Origin: Squalus acanthias
Lineage: Eukaryota
NCBI GenBank assembly: GCA_030390025.1
Contig: CM059431.1
Location: 99,140,001-99,204,000 of the forward strand
Length of the DNA: 64,000 nucleotides
Direction of reading: 5' to 3'
Every line of letters begins with the position of its first letter. Within the stretch, counting starts at the first letter, position 1. Both the position numbers and the translations under genes were made by a program. The notes under the pieces are model-generated. The model saw only the letters and a list, made by a program, of their open reading frames with translations, did no database searches and was not told the origin of the DNA. Positions 24,959 to 37,841 of this stretch are shown piece after piece.

Positions 24959-25915
24959 GGTCGGAAATTCTGCTGCTGATCTTGCGGGCAGAATTCAGGC
25001 TCCACGGGGAAGGTTTTTTAAACGGACGGCTGAAGGACCCTGAGTGGCATCTGCTCCGCTCAACTCCACCACGAGTTTCTACAAGAGGGGTGTCAACAGG
25101 CGTCAGGCCCCTCTTTTACATGTACAAGGGGCCCAACGCCTGTTTTAGGCAGGAGCCCGCACAGATTGGGCGCAGGACGTCCAACTGCTAAATTGGTCTG
25201 AGTTGCGCCCGATTTACACCCAAACAATACACACCAACATCTACCCCCGTGCGTTATATTTTTGGCATGCAGCGCAGTTCAGACTGGCAGGGACAGGGCA
25301 CCAGCTCCGACTGCCCGAGGACCTCTATGTAAAGGCAGCCTGCACCTCTTAAAGGAGAGGTTCACCTCTTCAATGCTGGTCTGTGGCAAATGATTTTCTG
25401 ATTCCGCTGGTGAAAGGATTTTGCCCAGGGCCCCCATATTTTCTGATGGTGCTGTGAGGGGCTCATAGAGCAAGTGAGCCACAGATAAGAGGTCCCTCAT
25501 CCCCTCTGATGGGTGCTGGGGTTTTCCAGGCAAGCTTGCCAACAGCAATGGAGCGAGGTGGAAGAGCACGTCAATGCCAGCATCGTTGCACCCAGGAGCA
25601 GTGCAGGAAGAAGTTTAATGATCTCACCAGGACTACAAAGGTAAGACTCCCCTTCAACGTCTCCCTCACACTCTGCTTTGGCCCCAGCGCCAGCAATGCT
25701 TCTCTCCCCCACTTCCCATACCTCTCCTCCAATCGCAATGGGACACTTCACTGCTTGCACTTGCACACTCAGCTACTCACAACTACTTCCCCTCATGCCC
25801 ACACCTGCTGGCCCTTCATCTCATCATCCGCCCTGTCTCACACATCTTCAAAAAAACCCTTTGCACTAACCCACTGCCACACCTCTTGCAGGAGAAGCCT
25901 TGCTAACCCGCAATG
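24959..25915 (+). mobile_element. Degenerate Harbinger remnant with Myb/SANT pseudogene fragment
   Basis: TQEQCRKKFNDLTRTTK|gtaag at about 25590-25645 mirrors the exon-1 end of the intact Myb gene; TIR-like ggtcggaaattc at about 24959. Confidence 0.65.
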
Positions 25916-26191
25916 ACTGACTCCTAGAGCAACACATAGCTACTCAGTTGACAAGTGGTTAAAAAGCTTACGCAGTGTCCTACACAAGTGGAAAAAAGAA
26001 AGCAAGACTTGCATTTATATAGAAAGACTATGCTTATGTTAGTTGGTAGATTCCCATCGTTATCAGACTTCCACGATTGCTTACATAGACGCAGATTAAT
26101 TATTGGATGTAATAAAATAGGGAATGTTATTGACATTCTGCTTGCATTCTCCAGGCCCCTGTTGAATTGTTCAACCTTTTAACCAACCTTT

Positions 26192-26271
26192 GGTCAAAGT
26201 CCAGGGGTGTACCTTGCACCTACAAAAAGAAAGCTCAAAGATTCTCTCAGAACTGAACCAGCCAGAGCTTG
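26192..26271 (+). promoter_or_regulatory. Candidate PDZK1 promoter and short non-coding first exon
   Basis: HNF4-type motif GGTCAAAGTCCA at 26192-26203, TATA-like TACAAAAA at 26221, splice donor G|GTAAGC at 26271/26272, all in non-repetitive sequence. The first coding exon begins with an acceptor, so an upstream exon is required. Confidence 0.4.
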
Positions 26272-28084
26272 GTAAGCGCTTTTGTTACATATTTTATGTG
26301 AATTAATTTTGGATAGAGGTATTGCTTGAATTTAACTGTCAGTTGCTTACGTTGTAATGTAAGTAGTTTCTTTGATGTTCCCCCTCTGTCTGTTTTACTT
26401 TGTTTTTGCATTGTTAATCAGTGTCTTGTTTTGTGTTGCTGTTCAAATATTGACTATAATCATATAGTCGTCAGGTCTAATTGAATAAGTAGGTAAGCTA
26501 CTTTTAATTAAAAATTCTAGTGTTTCCGTGCATTTTCATAATTTAAGCAAAGCATGTCATCCAGAGAGCCTGGAATTTGAAGTGAATCCACGGTGTTGTC
26601 CTATCAGTCTTGTTCCAGTAACTGACCATACTTCTGCTTCAATGCTGTGCATTTCCAAACTAATTTAACTCAACACCTTTGATCTAAGTATGGTGACTTG
26701 CTACTGAAATAATAGGCTGCAGACGGGGTGATCACCAAATACAAAATAAATCGCTAATCACATTAGGTTCCCCGTGTAGAGGTATAGCACTGAATATGAG
26801 ATCAATACACCTTCTAGCGCAGCTTTGTGAGATAGCCATGGTTCAGTGGTAGCACTCTCGCCTCTGAGTCAGAAGACGTTATCTAAATGCAAGTCTTTTT
26901 GAGCTTTCTCTTACCCACATTAAGGGTAATTGTCTGAGTCTGGACTGGTGGCGGGACCCTGGCTCACTGTCAGCTCGCAAAGAGTTAAATTACGAGGACA
27001 GGTTGCCCAGGCTAGGCTTGTATTCCCTCGAGTATAGAAGATTAAGGGGTGATCTGATCGAGGTGTTTAAGATGATTAAAGGAGTTGATGGGGTAGAGAG
27101 AGAGAAACTATTTCCTCTGGTGGGGGGAGTCCAGAACAAGGGGGCATAACCTTAAAATTAGAGCCAGGCCGTTCAGGGGTGATGTCAGGAAGCACTTCTT
27201 CACTGAAGGATTAAGGGGAAGCCATTTAGGACTGAGCTGAGGAGGAACTTCTTCACCCAGAGAGTGGTGAATCTATGGAATTCTCTTCCACAGAAGGTTG
27301 TTGAGGCCAGTTCGCTAAATATATTCAAAAGGGAGTTAGATATAACACTCACAACTAGGGGGATCAAGGGGTATGGCGAGAAAGCAGGAATGGGGTACTG
27401 AGGTAGCATGTTCAGCCATGAACGCATTGAATGGCGGTGCAGGCTCGAAGGACCGAATGGTCTACTCCTGTACCTATTTTCTATGTTTCTATGTTTCTAT
27501 GTTTCACACAAAGGGTGGTGGAAATCTGGAACTCTCTCCCTCAAAAAGCTGTTGATGTTGTGCCAGTTGGCGCTTTCAAGACTGAGATTGCTAGATTTTT
27601 GTTGGGTAAGGATATCGAGGGATATGGTGCAAAGGCAGGTAAATGGAGTTGAGGTACAGATCAGTCATGATCTAATTTGTGTGAGAATCTCTGTCACTAG
27701 TGGACACTTGGACAGTTGCCCCTACTTGCACCAAGGGCACAAGGTGTGGTGCATGTACAACCCCAGTGATAATATGTACTTGTGCTACCAGCGCAGAGCT
27801 TAACATCAATGGATGGAAAATCACAGCGACCTGCCCCTGAATTCCTGATATACTCTCCTGGTGGTTGGAGTGTTGACAGTGTGAGTTTGTAAATTTGCCC
27901 TGAATGGCTCCACCATCCACCGGGGGGGGGGGGGGGGGGGAAGGGCGGTGTTCTGGCAGAAGATCCGGTTACACCAGGTCCCCTGCGGTTTCCAGAAGTT
28001 TACGCAATGCCTTGTGAAGAGGTGGCCAAGGTAAATGACAGCCCGGGCAGCGGAGAAGAAAGAAAGAAAGTCAGACAGACAGAA

Positions 28085-29799
28085 AAACTTGCATTTATAT
28101 AGCGCCTTTCACAACCTCAGGATATTCCAAAGCGCTTTATAGCCAATTAAGTACTTTTGCAGCATAGTCACTGTTGAAACGCGGCAGCCAATTTGCGCAC
28201 AGCAAACTCCCACAAACAGCAATGTGATAATGACCTGATAATCTGTTGGTTGAGGGATAAATATTGGCCAGGACACCGGGGAGAATTCCCCTGCTCTTCA
28301 TCAAAATAGTAGCTGTGGGATCTTTTACGACCACTAGACAGGGCCTCAGTTTAGCTTCTCACCCAAAAGACGGCACCTCTGACAGCGCGGCACTCCCTCA
28401 GTACTGCCCCTCCGACAGTGCGGCGCTCCTTCAGTACTGCCCCTCTGACAGCGCGGCACTCCCTCAGTACTGCCCCTCTGACAGCGCGGCACTCCCTCAG
28501 TACTGCCCCTCCGACAGTGCGGCGCTCCTTCAGTACTGCCCCTCCGACAGTGCGGCGCTCCCTCAGTACTGCCCCTCCGACAGTGCAGCGCTCCCTCAGT
28601 ACTGCCCCTCCGACAGTGCGGCACTCCCTCAATACTGGCCCTCCGACAGTGCGGCGCTCCCTCAGTACTGCCCCTCCACAGTGCGGCGCTCCCTCAGTAC
28701 TGCCCCTCCGACAGTGCGGCGCTCTGTCAGTACTGCCCCTCCGACAGTGCAGTGCTCCCTCAGTACTGCCCCTCCGACAGTGCGGCACTCCCTCAGTACT
28801 GCCCCTCCAACAGTGCAGTGCTCCCTCAGTACTGCCCCTCCGACATTGCAGCGCTCCCTCAGTACTGCCCCTCCGACAGTGCAGCACTCCCTCAGTACTG
28901 CCCCTCCGAGAGTGCGGCACTCCCTCAGTACTGCCCCTCCGACAGTGCAGTGCTCCCTCAGTACTGCCCCTCCGACAGTGCAGTGCTCCCTCAGTACTGC
29001 CCCTCCGACAGTGCGGCACTCCCTCAGTACTGCCCCTCCGACAGTGCAGTGCTCCCTCAGTACTGCCCCTCCGACATTGCAGCACTCCCTCAGTACTGCC
29101 CCTCCGACAGTGCAGCACTCCCTCAGTACTGCCCCTCCGAGAGTGCGGCACTCCCTCAGTACTGCCCCTCCGACAGTGCAGCGCTCCCTCAGTACTGCCC
29201 CTCCGACAGTGAGGCGCTCCCTCAGTACTGCCCCTCCAACAGTGCAGCGCACCCTCAGTACTGCCCCTCCGACAATGCGGCACTCCCTCAGTACTGCCCC
29301 TCCGACAGTGAGGCGCTCCCTCAGTACTGCCCCTCCGACATTGCAGCGCTCCCTCAGTACTGCCCCTCCGACAGTGCAGCACTCCCTCAGTACTGCCCCT
29401 CCGAGAGTGCGGCACTCCCTCAGTACTGCCCCTCCGACAGTGCAGTGCTCCCTCAGTACTGCCCCTCCGACAGTGAGGCGCTCCCTCAGTACTGCCCCTC
29501 CAACAGTGCAGCGCACCCTCAGTACTGCCCCTCCGACAGTGCGGCGCTCCCTCAGTACTGCCCCTCCGACAGTGCGACGCTCCCTCAGTACTGCCCCTCC
29601 GATAGTGCGGCGCTCCCTCAGTACTGACCCTCCGACAGTGCGACGCTCCCTCAGTACTGCCCCTCCGACAGTGCAGCGCTCCCTCAGTACTGCACTGGGA
29701 GCATCAGCCTGGATTTCGGCCCAAGTCTCTGGGTCTATGAACCCACAACCTCCTGACTCAGAGGCGAGAGTGCCGCCCACTGAGCCACGGCTGACACCT
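28085..29799 (-). mobile_element. tRNA-headed Deu-type SINE with internal 33-bp tandem expansion (about 40 copies, 28374-29690)
   Basis: Minus-strand head ggtgtcagccgtggctcagtgg...gtgggttca (A/B-box-like), core ggaggtgccgtctt...aaactgaggcc, tail ataaatgcaagtt; unit cagtactgcccctccgacagtgcggcgctccct. Confidence 0.85.
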
Positions 29800-30691
29800 T
29801 AGGGAAGGATCCCTCAGCTGGGAATTCCCATTTGCCAGGCTCCAGGGTATTAGTGGGGGCTGCTTCAGTGAGTGAGGTGAGGTGTTCCGGCCTCTACAAG
29901 TGTCCTATAACATGCCACCCACCCGCCAGAAGAATTTAAATTCGTTTATTGTAGCAGAATAGTCCCCTAGCTCGTTGGTTGAAAGATCCGCGAGCTGGTT
30001 CAGGGGGGCGGCTGGGCAGCCCTACCCTCTGCATGGGTGGGTGGGCCCCAAAGTTTCTGCCAGGCAAAGGCAGGCAGGCACCGGGAGATGCATCCAAAGT
30101 GGAATAGGTGCTTGATGACCCATTCTAATCTGGCGACTTCCTACTGACCCCATAAACTCCAGCGGGATCCGTGCTGTTGAGCACCATGGGGCAACGCCCC
30201 TGGCGTAACCCACAGGACCGAGATCTCTGTGCTCCCCCAATTCTGGCCTCTTGAGCATCCCTGATTTCCATCGCTCCACCATTGGCGGCCGTGCCTTCAG
30301 CTGCCTGGGCCCTAAGCTCTGGAATTCCCTCCCTAAACCTCTCCACCTCTCTACCTCTCTCTCTCCTTCTTGAAGACGCTCATTAAAACCTACCTCGTTG
30401 ACCCAGCTTTTGGTTACCAATCCTAATATCTTCTTATGTGCCTCGGTGTCAAATTTTTGTTTGATAATCGCTCCTGTGAAGCAGCTCAGGGCATTTTACT
30501 ACGTTAAAGGTGCTATATAAATGCAAGTTGCTGTTGTTGTAGCCCTCGAGAATTCAGGGGCCACTAAGTCAGGCTACGGAGTGATGCTGTAGGTTGGTGG
30601 AATAAAAAGCCCCTTCTCCGTCCAGCTATAAGAGTCTTCGCTTGAAAGACCATTCCTCAATGGCCATGTGAGCTCAGTGTGGCCGTGCGGT

Positions 30692-31017
30692 GGGGTCGCC
30701 AACCCTCCAGGATTGCCCGGGAGTCTCCAAGAATTGAAGATTAATCTCCAGGACACTGCTGGCTTGAACGCTTTTGTTTATTTGTTGTTGGAGATGGGGG
30801 GAAAAAAAGGCTGTTTGACTGAAAGCCAACTATCATCCAATCGGGTAATGAGGAGTCTGATTACTTTCCAATTGGCCGTGGAAGGCGGTGAGGCGCTGGG
30901 GTGGTTGTGATTGGCGACCAACCGACCAATGGCGGGAGTGTGGGGGCGGGGCGGTTGGCGGCTGGAGGTCATGTGATGCAACGTTAGGAATACGTCCAGC
31001 CCGAGTTGGTGACCCTG
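30692..31017. mobile_element. Small TIR element carrying multiple CCAAT/GC boxes
   Basis: Termini GGGGTCGCCAAC / GTTGGTGACCCT. Confidence 0.5.
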
Positions 31018-31982
31018 AGGGTGGATCGGGACCAGAGTTCGGCTCTATGAGTGTAAATAGCACGAAAAATATTTATTCAATTAACCAGGGGTGAATTCGA
31101 CTTCACTCCGTCGCCCAACTTTGTGGGGGGGCCTGGTTTGCTGCGTAAACAGGGTTTCCATCAACCTTCCGCCAAAGTTACAACGATCGAGAGGGAGGAA
31201 ATTCACCCCCAAAATCCATGAATGTGTGAGGTGTGTGTGGACATGGTGTTTGCAGTAAGGTGATTGAGCGAGAGCACTACTCAAGGTACATGCACACAGT
31301 GGGTGGTGCAACGCGATAGAGTTTGTATACTTACAACAACAACAACTTGCATTTATACAGCACCTTTAACATAGCAAAACGTCCCAAGGCGCTTCACAGG
31401 AGCGTAACCTGACAACATTTGACACTGATCCACATAAGGAGATATTAGGACAGGTGAAAGAGGGAGATTTTAAGGAGCATCTTCAAGGAGGAGAGAGAGG
31501 CGATGAGGTTTAGGCAGGGAATTCCAGAGCTTAGGGCCCAGGCAACTGAAGGCACAGCCACCAATGGTTGAGCGATTATAATCAGGGATGCTCAAGAGGG
31601 CAGAATTAGAGGAGCGCAGAGATCTCGAAGTATTGTGGGGCTTAGAGGAGGTTACAGAGATAGGGAGGGACGAGGCCATGGAGGAATTTGAAAACGGATG
31701 AGAATTTTAAAATCGAGGTGTTGCCGGACCGGGAGCCAATGTAGGTCAGCGAGCACAGGGGAGATGGGTGAACGGGACTTGGTGTGTGTTAGGATACGGT
31801 CAGCAGAGTTTTGGATGAACTTAAGTTTACCCTGCGTACTTAGGACCTGGGCTTGAATCCAGCCCAGACTGCTCTCCGCAGCCCCCAAGGGTCCTCCGTG
31901 AAATGAGCTGGGCTGATTTCCCGCTGTGTAAATAAGCAGGCAGTGGGTCCGACTGAACATGGCCACTCGATCTTCCACATTG

Positions 31983-32055
31983 GGTAATCATTGGACACGC
32001 AGCCAAGTTAATCATGAACACGACGGAAAGTTCAGCAACGCTGTTAATGCTTGTC
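31983..32055. promoter_or_regulatory. Cluster of HNF1-like sites (candidate enhancer)
   Basis: GTTAATCATGAAC at 32007-32019 (one mismatch to GTTAATNATTAAC), with weaker matches GGTAATCATTG (31983) and GTTAATGCTTG (32043). Confidence 0.3.
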
Positions 32056-32322
32056 AGTGAATAACAGAAGTGGCTGTCAGCAGAATTCCTGTACTTGTGT
32101 AATATTAAAGGAACAGACCTTTGCTCCAAACGTCACAGCAATAATAAATGCATGAGAATTATTGCAGCGCGATGCAAAGTCTCAGCTCTCAAAACGAGTC
32201 GGACACATGTTAAACACGGCCCTTCATTGGACAGTGAGCTTTCTTTGACCTCCAAGGGGGGCTTTGGTGTGGAATAACAATAGACAAACTGGCTTTGATG
32301 TAATCTGGAGTTAAGAGTTGTT

Positions 32323-33083
32323 GGGGGAAAAATTCAGCTGCTTGCGCCTCCCGTTAGCGCCTTAAGAGGGCGCTAATGGGGCGTAAAGCAGCTAACGCCC
32401 GGGCGCAGCGCCGCCCACGCCTCCCGAAAAATTCAGCGGGAGGTTAGCGGCGGCGCCAGCCGGTAGCGCCCTGTGGCGCTGCGCCGCCGGCGATGACGTC
32501 ATCGCCGTGCGCAGCACCCCGCTCGCGCTCCAGCCGCGATCTTCAGTCGCGCCCCCTGATTTACCGCCAGACGCTATGTCTGACGGGTTCAGGGAGGCGT
32601 ACGTGCGGCCGGGGCGGCGATATTTAAAGGGGAGGTGGCAGGCGGCCATTTTTGTTGCTGGCCGCCTGCCAGCACCTGCCCCCGGCCCCCGTGAAGCCCC
32701 CCCACCGTGAAGTGCCGGCTGCGCTCCAAGAGCCCGGCACTTCTCTTGAGTGCCGGGCTCTTTTGCCGGCACTCCCGATCCCTGGGGGCCCAGCTGGGCC
32801 CCGGTTCGCGCTGCGCAGGGTCCCTCCCCTTTAAGAAGGGGAGGAAGGCCTGCAATACCGCGGCGCGACGTGCCGCAGCGCGTGGCGCTGCGGCACGTAG
32901 CGCCAGGATATTCACTCGCAGCGCCCCAAGAGGGATGCGGGGTGCTTCCAGTGGCGCCCCGCTTCCCTCTTGGGGCGCAACCACTGAAGTTCCGGCGCGG
33001 GGCCGCTAATTTTTTCGGGGCGCTAAAAGTCGCGCCCCGGCGAGGTTAGCGCCCCAAATGGGGCGCGACTCAATTTTTACCCC
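32323..33083 (-). mobile_element. Non-autonomous Harbinger MITE (type B), inverted near-identical copy of 8506-9239
   Basis: Same TIRs, TSD GTT. The ORF track shows near-identical spurious translations in both copies. Confidence 0.9.
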
Positions 33084-35489
33084 GTTGTGTTTATTTTTGT
33101 TTACATAAGCAATTCCCATAATAGATGTTTTCTATATTGAGAGGAGATTTGATAGAGGTGTTCAAAATCATGAGGGGTCTGGACAGAGTAGATAGAGAGA
33201 AACTGTTCCTTAGGGTCGAGAACCAGAGGACACAGATTTAAGGTGATTGGCAGAAGATCCAAAGGCGACATGAGGAAAAACCTTTTTACTCAGCGAGTGG
33301 TGGTGATCTGGAATGCACTGCCTGAAAGGGTGGGGGAGGCAGATTCAATCGCAGCTTTCAAAAGGGAATTGGATAAGTACCTGAAGGAAAAAAAATTGCC
33401 GGGCTACGGGGAAAGGGCGGGGGAGTGGGACGAGCTGAGGTGCTCTTGCAGAGAGCCGGCACGGGCTCGATTGGCCGAATGACCATCTTCTGTGCTGTAA
33501 CCATTCTAGGATTCTTTGATTCTGCAGTTGACTGGAAGTGCAAGCAGACATCGAGGGGGCAGAATATTCCCAGGATGAGAACCTGGAGGTTAAGGAGGGA
33601 ACGTTCCTCCCATTGTCCCACAGAGTTTGGGGAGGGTGGGGGTCACCCGAAGGCACCTCTTTTGCGTGGGGCCAATCAGTGGCCGTGCCACCTAGCTGCT
33701 CCTTGATGCTGTAAAAATGACTCGAGGTGAGAATTCCATCGGGGATTCTCCTGCTCCGTCACCGGAAAAATTACAGCCCCCGGAGACGGAGAATCCCCGA
33801 GGGAATTCACCCCCATTGATTTAATATCTATCTGCATATATTACAGATCTTGGGGTGGAATTTCCTCAGCTGCCCAGATACACTTGTAAGGCGTGGAGTT
33901 TGCTCCTTATAAGGCCAGTGATGTAGAAGGAGTGGGGCCAAGGACCCTAGGCTGGAAGATCCTGCTTCAATGACCCTTAGGGACCCAATGTAAATCCCGT
34001 TCACCCACCACCCCTGTGCTCGCTGACCTACATTAGCTCCTGGTTCAGCAATGCCTCGATTTAAAAATTAACATCCTTGTGTTCAAAGATCTCTGCGCTC
34101 CTCCAATTCTGGCCTCTTGCGCATCCCTGATTTCCATCGCTCCACCACTGGCGGCCGTGCCTTCAGCTGCCTGGGCCCTAAGCTCTGGAATTCCCACCCT
34201 AAACCTCTCTGCCTCTCTCTCCTCCCTTAAGAGGCTCCTTAAAATCTACCTCTTTCCTGTCCTAATATCTCATGTGGCCTTGGGGTCAAATTTTGTTTGA
34301 TAACACTCCTGTGAAACGCCTTGGGATGTTTTACTACGTTAAAGGTGCTATATAAATGCAAATTGTTGGTGTTGTTGTTGTTGTAGACTGGAGATGAGGA
34401 CTGCCAGGGTCAAGATGGGGGACAAGTGTGCACCCCTCCCCCGGGGAGGGACGTATCGGGGGTGGGGGTGGGGTTCCGGCAAGGGTGGGGTCCTGGAATC
34501 CCAACAATGGCAACGTGTATCTCCCACAACATTCCGTACTGACCCCTGACACAGGGGGCGGAGAGGGGGGGCGGAGTTTAGGGCAGAGTGGCGCGGCTAC
34601 TGATTGGCCGCACACAAATGAAGTGCCCTCCCACTGACCCAAACTATGGAGGGCACGGACCAAAGCATTCCCGCTGTAACCTCCGGGATCACATCCCACA
34701 GATTGTTGCCCCGATGTCGGCTCGCACTTGGGAGGAAAATGTCGCCATGGTTGTTCGTCCAGGCCCCCTCCCTTGCCTGGAACCCCCTCTACATCACTGG
34801 CCTTATAAGGAGCAGACTTCACCCCTTACAAGCCAAGTGGGAAATCCCAATTCAGGTCATGACCCAGTGTATCTGGGCAGCTGAGGAAATTCCGCCCCCA
34901 GATTTGTAGTATATGAAGATAGCTATGAAATCAATGGTGGGGGTGAATCTCCTCGGGGATTCTCCGTCTCCGAGGCTGTAAATTTTCTGGTGACGGGGTG
35001 GGAGAATCCCCGATGAAATTCTCACCTCACGCCATTTTAACAGCAGCACGGCCACTGATCGCCCCCACGCAAATAAAGTTCCCTCCAGCTGACGCCCTAA
35101 ATGCACGAGGACACTGAACAAAACATTCCTTCGGAATCTCAGCCCACACATCGTCGACCACCCTCCCCTCTCGACATCTGCTCGCACTTCCTGAAACATT
35201 TTTGCCAAAACAAGTTCATCTGTCAACATCGTTAAGGGGAACTGGTTTCAAGTTAAAGGCCAATTCCTCACCCTGGTTCCTCTTATATGTCACTTTGGTT
35301 CAGAGTCCACTCTCAGTCAGTACGACTGTGGTTTCAGGCCCCTCTCCTAGACCTGAGCGCATCATCCTGGCTGACACATCAGTGCTGTAAAAAGACTTGA
35401 ACCCACAACCTTTTGACTGAGATTCCGAGAGTGCTACCCACTGAGCCACAGCGAAAAATACATTTCTCAGGCGGTACCAAAAAGAAAAA

Positions 35490-36248
35490 GCCCTCAGAAC
35501 GTCCCAAAGCGCTTTACAGCCAATGAAGAACCTTTTGAAGTGTAGTCACTGCTGTAATGTAGGAAACATGGCAGCCAATTTGTGCACAGCAAGCTCCCAC
35601 AAAAAACAACGAGATTAATGACCAGATAATTTGTTTTAGTGATGTTGGTTGATAAATGTTGGCCAGGACACTGGGGAGAACTCCCCCTGCTCTTCTTCGA
35701 AATAGTGACATGGGATCATTTACATCCACCCGAGAGAGCAGACGAGGCCTTGGTTTAACGTCTCATCCAAAAGACGGCACCTCCGACAGTGCAGCGCTCC
35801 CTCTGTACTGCCCCTCCCACAGTGCGGCGCTCCCTCAGTACTGCCCCTCCGACAGTGCGGCACTCCCTCAGTACTGCCCCTCCCACAGTGCGGCGCTCCC
35901 TCAGTACTGCCCCTCCGACAGTGCAGCACTCCCTCAGTACTGACCCTCTGACAGTGTGGCACTCCCTCAGTACTGACCCTCTGACAGTGCAGCGCTCCCT
36001 CAGTACTACCCCTCCGACAGTGCAGCGCTCCCTCAGTACTGCCCCTCCTACAGTGCAGCGCTCCCTCAGTACTGCCCCTCCAACAGTGCGGCGCTCCCTC
36101 AGTACTGACCCTCTGACAGTGCGGCGCTCCCTCAGTACTGCACTGGGAGTGTCAATGTAGATTTTTGCGCTCAAGTCTTTGGAGTGGGACTTGAACCCAC
36201 GACCTACTGACTCAGAGGCGAGAAGTGCTGCCCATTGAGCCACGGCCG
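35490..36248 (-). mobile_element. Same SINE family with about 11 copies of the 33-bp unit
   Basis: Same head, core and tail; array at about 35780-36140. Confidence 0.85.
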
Positions 36249-36301
36249 ATACTGTATGTCCAGCCTGCGATGTTAAATCAGGATCCCATCTGCCTTTCCA
36301 A

Positions 36302-37841
36302 GGCCGGAATTTTGCCGGCGCTCAGAGTTCGGGTCGGGACCCCGCTGTCAACCCACCTCCACGCGAGACTCCCAGGTGTCGGGTCTGTCAGCGCGGAACT
36401 GACCCGACACCAAGCGGCGGGGGAGACAATTGAGCTCATTAAATGGCTTGTTAAGAGCCAATTTAAGAGTCTTTTGAGGCTTACTTGTAATTTTACCTTC
36501 TCCCCCATGGGTTACCCGCTGTTCGGGGTACATGCCAGCTCACCCTGGCGTGAGTCGAGTCTGCTCTGATGTATCTGATAAGCTGACAGCTGCAGAGGTG
36601 GTGTCAAGGATGTCATGTTGCAGATGGTGAGTTTCAGAGCACAGAAAATGTTGGTTACTGCATTTTTGTCACATATAGAGATTTCTTTAGCTTACAAGTT
36701 TTTAAATCCAACTGTATGTCCAGTGCCACCTCATTGGGAGAACCTCTCTCACCATTGACAGATCGCTTCTGTCATCTCACCTGCAGCTGCCATCTATTCT
36801 AGCAATATCGGAGTCAATGAAACAATCAAACCTTGGTCCTCCGAATCCTCCATAATCATCCCCAACACCAACATCACCAACCTCATCACCAACCTTCTCC
36901 GCCATCACCTGATGCTGCACAGGACTCAGGGCATCAGCCCCGACAACATTGCTGCCCGGGAGGGCAGCGATGGCATTACCATGGCCAGATTTACTTCACT
37001 TGATGTTGTAAACCCTGGCTTCCACATGATGCGCCAGATAGACACCATCCCACACCAGCACCGTGAAGCATCCCTTTAATGTCCAAGCCATCCCATGCAC
37101 ACTCATCACTATAGCGGGGTGGGGGGGCGGGCGGGGGGGGTGGTGGTGGAGTTATGACTGAACAATCACTGGAACTCAGTAAGACACTTCTCAAGGTGCG
37201 CTCAGATCTGTCCAATAAGGGGCACTTTTTGAAAAAGAGATTTCACCGTATGACAACACATTACCAGAAACTTCACATGGACATTGGCTAAACCTCTTAA
37301 GTGCCTACCCTTGTGTGTTGTTAGTTGGTATGCTTGCAGTGGGATGAAGGTGAGTGTGAGGGGTGGCTAGTGAGATGGGGAAGTGATAAAGTAGATAGAG
37401 AGGGTTGGGTGGAGTTTCAAGGTAAGTTGATGTCCTGGGGGAGGTCTGTTCAGCCCTTAGAAGGGAAGAGAACCCCCCTGCGTACTGTGACTCCCTCCAT
37501 AAGCATATGGAGGGAGTCATTGGAGAGTCTGGGTGCAAGAGTTCACCTTTGTGCAGTGATTGTCAGTGTTATCAGCACCTCAATGCTGTCAAACACTGAA
37601 AAATCAACTGTCAAAATAAAATTGTGCGTGGTTCCTTTAAGGAAACCGGCAGATGACGCGTCATCAAATGACGTCATCAGACCCGCTTCCTGGTAATTGG
37701 CCGGTAAACCCGCAGGGCAGGCTCAACAAGGTCAATCAAGGGAAAATCACGTCTGCAGAGCGGAGGCAGCTGGGGGCGGGACTGGAACCCGGAAACCAGC
37801 TGACCCACCCCCATCCCGACACCGCTGAGAAAATCGCGGCC
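36302..37841. mobile_element. Degenerate Harbinger-type non-autonomous element
   Basis: TIRs GGCCGGAATTTT / AAAATCGCGGCC, TSD CAA; splits a SINE core. Confidence 0.65.

Noticed and set aside
27920..27945. Poly-G runs (also near 61160 and 63720) as functional G-quadruplexes
   Set aside because: Simple homopolymers with no supporting context.
28264..29802. 512-aa and overlapping repetitive ORFs (also at 35.7-36.2 kb and 53.2-53.8 kb)
   Set aside because: Artefacts of a 33-bp SINE-internal repeat that is open in several frames.
30830..30980. CCAAT/GC-box cluster as a host promoter
   Set aside because: Enclosed by inverted termini suggesting a small TE, with no adjacent exon identified. Promoter activity is not excluded.
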